Assembly (NCBI GenBank): GCA_002811645.1
Contig: PDIP01000027.1
Span: 65,216-129,215 of the forward strand
Source: Corallochytrium limacisporum Hawaii
Taxonomy: Eukaryota; Protista; Pluriformea
Length of the DNA: 64,000 bases
Direction: 5' to 3'
Made by a program: the position numbers and the translations under genes. The notes under the pieces are model-generated. The model was not told the DNA's origin, ran no database searches, and saw only the letters and a program-made list of their open reading frames with translations. Shown one piece after another: positions 56,740 through 64,000 of this stretch (positions are counted from its first letter, which is position 1; each line of letters begins with the position of its first letter).

Positions 56740-58720
56740 GGGCAGCCTTCGACTGCGGGCGGAGGTTTTGTTTCACGGGGCCCGTGTATGCGCACCGAGG
56801 CCGCAATGGATACACGTGCGACGGCTCAACCAAAGTCTTATGTTCCAGAGAACTGACAGTAGCCATCAAGGTATCAAGCTGGTAAAAGAAAATGCCACAG
56901 GTACAGTGATGACCTCGAACAGGCACTCCGACACTTGCACAGATCTGGGCGGGAGGATGCCCGATTTGGATGCGTAAGCCGAGCGCAGGAATACTTGAAA
57001 GTGTGTATATATTCGAATCTCTGATATGGGTAACAATCATCTAGACTATCGCTGGCCTATTAAGATTCTGTAGCGCCTATATCCAAGGCAGATGGCTGCC
57101 AAGATGCCATGCCATAGAAGGTCCGACAAGCTGATCGATAGTAAACACTGATGTCCAGCATGGTGGATGTACGGCGATTGTGTTTACAAAGGGCATAGAT
57201 ACATACCCGTAGGTACGCAAGGGCTCACTCCGAAGCAACGAATACAAGTTGGGAAGAACGTGCACGAGCGTCCAAACTACACCGGTACAAATTCTTTGGT
57301 TGTCCGTACTGTCCAGCACAAGCTCTCGCTGCCTAATAGCCTGTAACATAAAGCGAGACCGCCCTTTCATTCTTTTGTGGTCGGAGATTCGTTCAAGATC
57401 AGCGGTTGCTCTGAATATGATGTGATCGGTGAACAGGAGCAATTACCACAGCCACCACGGTCTCCAGCTACTACTCAGACGCAACAAGGGAGCGGTTGAA
57501 AGAGGAAACGGGCAATGTAGGCAAAAGGGACTTGTGAAACGAGATGGCCTCGGGATCGCCTATCACAAGCCCCTGTTTGCGCTGGAGAAGACACGGATTT
57601 GTAATATTGACGACGACCTCAACTAGAGCATCACCATTTAATGTCTGCCATCATAGTTCCTACAAAGAACGTCCACAACAGAACACTACTTCAGTCATTG
57701 CAAACCATCCACATGCCAATAATTTACGTTCTGTGCAACAGTCGCTGTCCCATATGAATTTGCTCTGGAAGCAGAATCTAAAACCTCCTCAACACGGAAG
57801 GGCAAGGAGTATACTGCAGTAGGGGAAGCCACTGTTTCACCAGTTGTCATCAACTTTGACCCTCAAGGCGGATAGGCAAGCTGCACTACTCTCCGAAACC
57901 AACATTGAGTGTCAATACACATCAGCTCTTGTGGAAACTGGCCACCGCTTTGCATTCTACCACAAATTCCAAACGCATGGGGCACCCCATTTCGATGTGC
58001 CAGGGTCATTCCCAATAGCAGTGACCGAAGATCGAAACACATTGTGATCGAAGCAACAGGCATCGGCAGCACCGCTTTAATGCTCTTCCTTCCTCGCTCG
58101 TGTTTGTCTACTGCACGATGCTTCCGACGGATCAGGTCGTTCGAAAAGCAGCAGAAATGACCGAAAAGTAAGCACTTCTACGCCTCTGCTCTTTGGTGTA
58201 CCCCAACCTCTCCCTTGATCAGACTTTGAGCGACGGAGTGACTAATTCCAGCCTCTTTTTCTGATGCCCAGAACAGAGCACCTGGCATGGTAAGGACATG
58301 CACAAAGTTGGTTAATCTCATCTTATTTAGCTGTCTTCACTTTCTTTCTAGCATGCCAGCTAAAACGACGTCTGAAGTAAGAATGAGCCAAATTCTTACG
58401 TAGACGCTCAAGGACCTAAAAATAGATTGCGACTGCCGGCTCCTTCGCTCGGCGATCCACGCGATCGACATTTTCAATACAAAATATACTACAAATCTAG
58501 CAGACACCGAAGCAGAGCAGAGCTGTTCAGAGCAAGGAAAAAAGCGACGGACACTGAGAACTGCACATCTCTAAGTCTATTTGTTTTTTAGATCATCGCA
58601 AAAACTGCTTAGGAGCAAACAACATTTGGCGCCTGTTGCCTTTTTACGGACGAATGGACTCGGAACTCAGAGCACACTCCTACGCACCGTGGTCGGTCCG
58701 ACACGGGTCCTTCCAAAGTC
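56740..58720 (+). mobile_element. highly decayed non-LTR retrotransposon, possibly RLE-bearing (R2/R4/NeSL-like)
   Basis: ordered degenerate motifs across frames: AAFD 56742, YIQG 57078, MYGD 57167, YKFFG 57286, DGLGI 57543, CCHC relic (FAFYHKFQT / MGHPISMC) ~57950-58000, KY ~58480, VVGPT ~58690. Confidence 0.4.
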
Positions 58721-60413
58721 CTCAGGTGAAAAGTCCACAGAACGAAAACGAGTACTGGCCTTAATGAGCAGGCAGACTGGAGCAGAGATTTACCTGGAAA
58801 GGACACGTGGTGCTCCATTCCCATTACTGTTTGTCATGCCTCTTACGCGGCGCGCTTGCTCCGTGCCCAAGGCGTTCTGCTGTACAAGCTCAATAGCTGC
58901 AAGCAGCAACAGGAAGAGGCTTGCAGCAGCAGCAGCGCTAAATACCCAGAAAAACGTTTCGAGAACAGCACATGGTAGCAATCCCAGTGCAATGATTTTG
59001 AGCCCACAGGGTAGCGCTAGCAATGACTGAAAGTCCTCTGTTGCTGTGCGGATACGTGCTAGTGGATGGACGTCCCAGATTTTGGTGAGATCGCTGGATA
59101 TCAACTGCGATCACTTGTCGGAACCCCGTACTGGCTCAATTCCTTCGCTGACTCGACTACGTCTCTCGCTCCCAGAAAAAGAAAACAAAGATGGTTGTGG
59201 CAGAACAAATGGAACGGGTTATCGCGTAGCTGACAGTACGGTTTCAGACCTTATCGCCCAAACCTTGGAATGACATCGTATCTAGTTTTGGTGGGCACAC
59301 TTAAATGTTCTACAGGTGACATCAAACCAAACTCACCACCACCACCCCATCGAGGGCACTACTGTTACTTCTTCGATCTCTAACACTTTACCTTCCATAC
59401 CATTTTGTTTTTCCTTCTTGGCCTGCCTCAGTTCGTTCCTCTTTGCACCGCAACTCCCCTCCTCCCTGCGGCAATGGAGAAATGAAAATGAACCCAACCC
59501 AGGCTTCTTTAAGAATACACTTTTCGTGCCGCTCAGGTTTTCGCTCTCCATCGCTCCTCTTTGTTCTGCTCTGCCCGACCGCCAACTCCCCCACTCCTGT
59601 GCTGGCCGTCAGCTGATTGGCCGCGCAGGGGAAGTCGGATGATGGCGTACCGAACACCGTGTTCTTGCACCATCAGAAGTCCGCGAATAAGAACACGTTC
59701 GAAACCAAAACGAAGGGGAAATTAGACTCCCTTGGTGTATGTTCAGCGCTTAAATCCTCCTCTCTTCTCCGCTACCCTCCCCTCCCTTTTCATGTTCGTC
59801 GACTAAATTCATTTTCGAAGGAATTCCAATTTTTTTCTTGTTCCAGCCAACGCGTTTGTATGTATTCCGATACTCTGACTTCAGTGAAAATTACTGTGAC
59901 GGGTTCACGCCGTCTCGGAACGAGGCATGCAACTGACAGCTATCGCCAAAACCAGAAATGCCGACCAACTGGGGGCTCACAGCAGTATTTTTGGTTGTGG
60001 AAATTCTGAAGCATACTCGGCAGCAGCAAAGGGAAACCGACAACCACAAAAGCAAACAGAGGAAAACAAAATAACACGAACCCACGGGGAAATTCTTCAA
60101 ATCGTGTTATTCGCCTGTGGCAGGTACAAAGCTGGAAACTCCGCGCACGGGGAGAAGGGGTGTCTATTTCATAATAGTCGATTTTCTGTATTCTTCCTTA
60201 TCATGTTCTGGTCAAAGGGGCGCGGTCGGGAATCGTTGAAATCCAAGTAACAGGTATTAACGGACAGCCAGGGACCTCCCCCACCTTGCTGGGATTTAAG
60301 TTTTTCTCCCCCGTCAGGTCTCCCCCCCCCCACGCGAATGAAGGAGTTGTTGTTGAAAATATCAAACATTTTGCGTGCGGCACTCACCACACACAAGGGA
60401 GAAAGAGAGGAGG

Positions 60414-60645
60414 GGGGAGAATTGTTTCGCCCCCCCCCCCCCTCCTTTGTTCCTCCCTCCTTTNNNNNNNNNNNNNNNNNNNNNNNNNNNNNNNNNNNNN
60501 NNNNNNNNNNNNNNNNNNNNNNNNNNNNNNNNNNNNNNNNNNNNNNNNNNNNNNNNNNNNNNNNNNNNNNNNNNNNNNNNNNNNNNNNNNNNNNGGGGAG
60601 AATTGTTTCGCCCCCCACCCCCCCTCCTTTGTTCCTCCCTCCTTT
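60414..60645. other. assembly gap (N 60464-60594) flanked by a ~50-bp near-identical direct duplication
   Basis: GGGGAGAATTGTTTCG-C-run-TCCTTTGTTCCTCCCTCCTTT on both sides of the Ns. Confidence 0.9.
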
Positions 60646-63607
60646 GTCTGGGGCCACGCGGAATGCAGAGGGACAGGTACCGGACGTACGAAACCTGTTT
60701 GACAGGTCTCTGGTGAACATACGAAGCGTTTCGTCGTATATTTTGTATTGACAGATACGTCTGTTATCTAGACATGATCTTAACGGGTGTTGAACACTGT
60801 CACCACCATCCTCTGAAGGCCCCGTTTACGCAAGCAACGCGCAAGTGTTCCGGTTTAAGATGCTGGGTTTCGTGTGAAGGAAGGGAGCGATTTCTTCAGC
60901 ACAGGCACCGCGTAATCTCACTCGAATTTGTCCGACCAACCCACACCCCTACAAAAATGGAGAGTTGATGACTTTTTCCTCACTCCAGTCTCTTTCTCTC
61001 TTTGTTCTCTCGCGCGCGCCCTTCGCCCCAGTGTTTCTTTTGCCGTGTTCGCTCTTGTCGTTTTTCTATTAAACGCCGAACGCAAAAGACACATACAGTG
61101 TTGAACCCAATCCGTGGCCGCGTCGCGGCCAGCTGACTCTAAATATGGCACGATCCAGCTGTGTGTTCCCTTACGAGTCGCCACTCCCAATTTCAGTCCA
61201 ATAAGCCACAGTCCGAACGCTGTGCATTACTAATAATCCATCCAGGGCAGCACCAGTCAGCAGATGGTGTGCTGTATCGATCGATCCATCTGTACAAGTT
61301 CCTATTCACTGGTCCAGTCATGGTCGGACATCCTTTCATGACATATCGAGATATTGCGGCTGTCAGTGCGCATGTGTACATTACTCTACGGTGATCCAAT
61401 TTAGATGATCGATGGTGGTGGTGGTGGGGAACTATCTGGTGCGGGCGAGCACGCAACCCAATTTTTCTCTTATTAAATTCATTGGTGTTCCATGTTTTGC
61501 TTTCTGTCCGGGCAACGTTTCTAGACTAAACCCACACGAAAGCAGTCTCGGGGAAACGAGATGAAAACCGAGTTCGCATACTCACCCGAGTCAACTGCTG
61601 AAACATCGTACAGAAACACTGAACAAAATATACCGCCAAGTTTTGTAATGCGTCAGCGCATCCAGCGAGAGGAAACTGGGAGACCACAAGGGAGCATTCT
61701 CTTCATATACCTGCACAAAGCACCGGCATCAGCAGGAGCTGCCCATCAACTGGCCAAAAAAGGCGAGGAACGGATACCGCACATGCAATCGTGAGTACTT
61801 TTAGTACTGGTTATTCTTCGCGTGTGGCATTCGGGAGAAACATATTCGATACCTCTTGGTGATAAGGAGGCAGCCCACAGATACGCTTAATACATGTCTA
61901 ACATTGATCATCAATACAACGAAATACCAAAAGCTCTCAAGCCCCGCCTGCGCACCACCCCACATGGAAGGCGCATGGAAACCGGAACCGCTCAAAAAGA
62001 ATGGTACATTTTAGATTGTCCATGAGAGCGGACGGTGCCCAGCGGCCACTAAGCCATCTCACCAGAACGCGGCACCTCTTGTCAGTGCGCGCCACGGGAC
62101 ACACAAACGCTTCACTCGCACACCGACTGCGGGGCCGCTTGCTTTGTCCTTTGGCGTGCAACCTTGCACTTCTCCCATTCCCCGGCCTTCCTTCCTACAG
62201 GGGAGGGTCCCACTGTTGATCTCACTCCACCAACTTTTATTTTGACAACAAAGGGGGCGCCTCTGTCCCGTCCGCACTTTCCCTTCCCCCTTATCCATCT
62301 CTCGTCTGGTTTTCTTGCCCAAAACACCGTCCTGCGTAATTTTCTGTGCTGGCTTTGACAAATACCCAAGTCCAGGTTGTCTCCATAGTTTCAGTATGGA
62401 GTCGTCCTGGGTGTGACATATGGGACAATTTGACGTTCGCGCCCGCTCGGATTGTTGTGTATTCAAGCGAGTTTTGGGTTTTCTGCAGTTTGTGTTCTGC
62501 TTAGTTCTGTGTTGGACGTGTGTTTTCGTGATTTCTACGGCATCCCGTGAGCCTTCAGAACCAAACCAAAACAGCAAAAAAATCGGGCGAAATATAAACT
62601 GAGACACGCGACAAGAATTTCCAAACTCCTTTTTCCAGAGATGGGGACATCGTTTGGAAAACGCAAAGTTCGGAGGTTTTGAGAGAACCAACTGAGTGAG
62701 GGTACCACGAGGGCGCACCAAAACTACGATTGGCCACCACCCCCTCGTCGTCGTCGTCGCCTCGCTTCTGTGGGTTTCAAACCTGCCTGAGTCCAAGACT
62801 GACGAATCATACTGAGAGTACGATGTTCCAGCGCCCACAGACATTTCGTTGTAAAAGGAGTTTTGGGCCCAGTTCCCCCATACCCCCATCCCTCCCAACC
62901 CAACCCCCAGCGTCGTTCCGCCCCTGTCCATCACGTTTCTTTCGTCACCGGCCACCACCAGGTCAAAACGTTTCAGATTCCCTTTCGCCGAAGTAAAATG
63001 AAATCAAAGCTTGATCCAAATACCTATCAACGGATGGACCGGACCATCCCCTTTCATATGACTCCTTCCCTATTTGCTTCCGGTACTGAATGTTTGACGA
63101 CAAAACAGAACACACCAATACGGTGACCGGCACCGGTTTCCCTTCGGTCTTTTTTTACTTTTTGGCCCGGTACGGTGGTTGGTCACTACCGTCTCTGTGG
63201 TTTCCTTCTTGCAGAATTGTTTCGGGATTTTGGACCAAGGAAACTCCTCCTTTCCATGGCGCACCGGAGAAGTTGGAGAAGGGGAAGAGGTGGGGGGGGG
63301 GGGAACTGGAGAACGCGCCGAAGGAAAAGGGGGCGGTTTTGGTTATAACACGAGCAAAGCGATTCCTGCGAGTTTGTCCCGGGTTCCAGCTGCCTAACAT
63401 TGAACTTGGCAAGAGACGGTCGAGGAAGGCGGTGCGTGGCGCCTGGATTTCCCGTCTTTTCCTTCCGAACCTTTTCCTTGCGGCGTGGCGTGCGTGACGC
63501 TGGTAAAATAAACGCGAACGGCGGCGCACACACGCACCCTCGCAAGCGGACAGATTCCGGACGAAAACCATGAAATAGCGAGAAAAAGGATTCGTCATAA
63601 ATTGGAC

Positions 63608-63640
63608 GTGCGTGTGTGCGTGCGTGTGTGTGTGTGTGTG
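63608..63640. repeat. (GT/GC)n microsatellite
   Basis: gtgcgtgtgtgcgtgcgtgtgtgtgtgtgtgtg. Confidence 0.85.
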
Positions 63641-64000
63641 GGTGCATAAACTTTGGCTCCCGTACGCGCGGACTGCTCCCTTAAGCGCGACACTTTCCGC
63701 ATGGCAGTGAATGATGGAACGAAAGAGTGGGGAAGGGTTCATGGACGCATCCAAAGGGCACACAAGTCAAGGAGGAGATGGACGACGATACTTTGTTGTG
63801 GCTCCTTGCCATCTAATCTATAATATTTCTAAGCAGAATTTTGTAAATTAGGGAGGCAGAACAAAGTCTCGCATAAGAAAAAGGGAGACCTAGAAAAAAA
63901 AAGGAGTGAGAAAGGGGGAGAGGAGAGATTGGGGGGGGGGGGGGAAGGATTTTTTCTGTTTTCTCCCCCCTCCCCGTCCTTCCCCTCCTTCCCCCGTTTT

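Noticed and set aside
60414-60645. 50-bp direct repeat around the N gap
   Set aside because: Most likely the same sequence read from two contig ends broken at a C homopolymer, so an assembly artefact
62059-62958. 299-aa minus-strand ORF
   Set aside because: Non-ATG start, no motifs, and derived from compositionally skewed intergenic sequence
1-64000. tRNA, rRNA, CRISPR arrays, alternative genetic code
   Set aside because: No cloverleaf/T-loop, rRNA-like or repeat-spacer pattern seen; all conserved genes translate fully with the standard code

Overview
Gene-dense eukaryotic nuclear DNA. The gene set (XPO6, aftiphilin, GTPBP1, PTAR1, MRPL57, MPLKIP, NCKIPSD, animal-type GDH) suggests a unicellular holozoan; an intron-poor lineage such as Corallochytrium is my inference, not shown by the sequence. 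About 26 protein-coding loci fill 0.5-55.3 kb, mostly as head-to-head or tail-to-tail pairs with short GC-rich promoters. The main pattern is that every recognisable CDS is one uninterrupted ORF (up to 5.2 kb), yet nearly every gene has a GT...YAG intron-like segment, usually 60-300 nt, between promoter and start codon. Introns therefore appear confined to 5'UTRs, with an unusual GTACTT/GTATCT/GTATAC donor class. Other points of interest: a divergent HAP2/GCS1-like fusogen whose stop lies 3 bp from a convergent U2B''/U1A gene; a 1737-aa PigC/rifampicin-phosphotransferase-like enzyme; a locus of three chained short ORFs (in-frame TAA, then an ATGA overlap); two decayed non-LTR retrotransposon RT remnants; and a gene-free right end with an assembly gap. 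All calls were made by eye from motifs. No searches were run and no intron is confirmed by RNA data.
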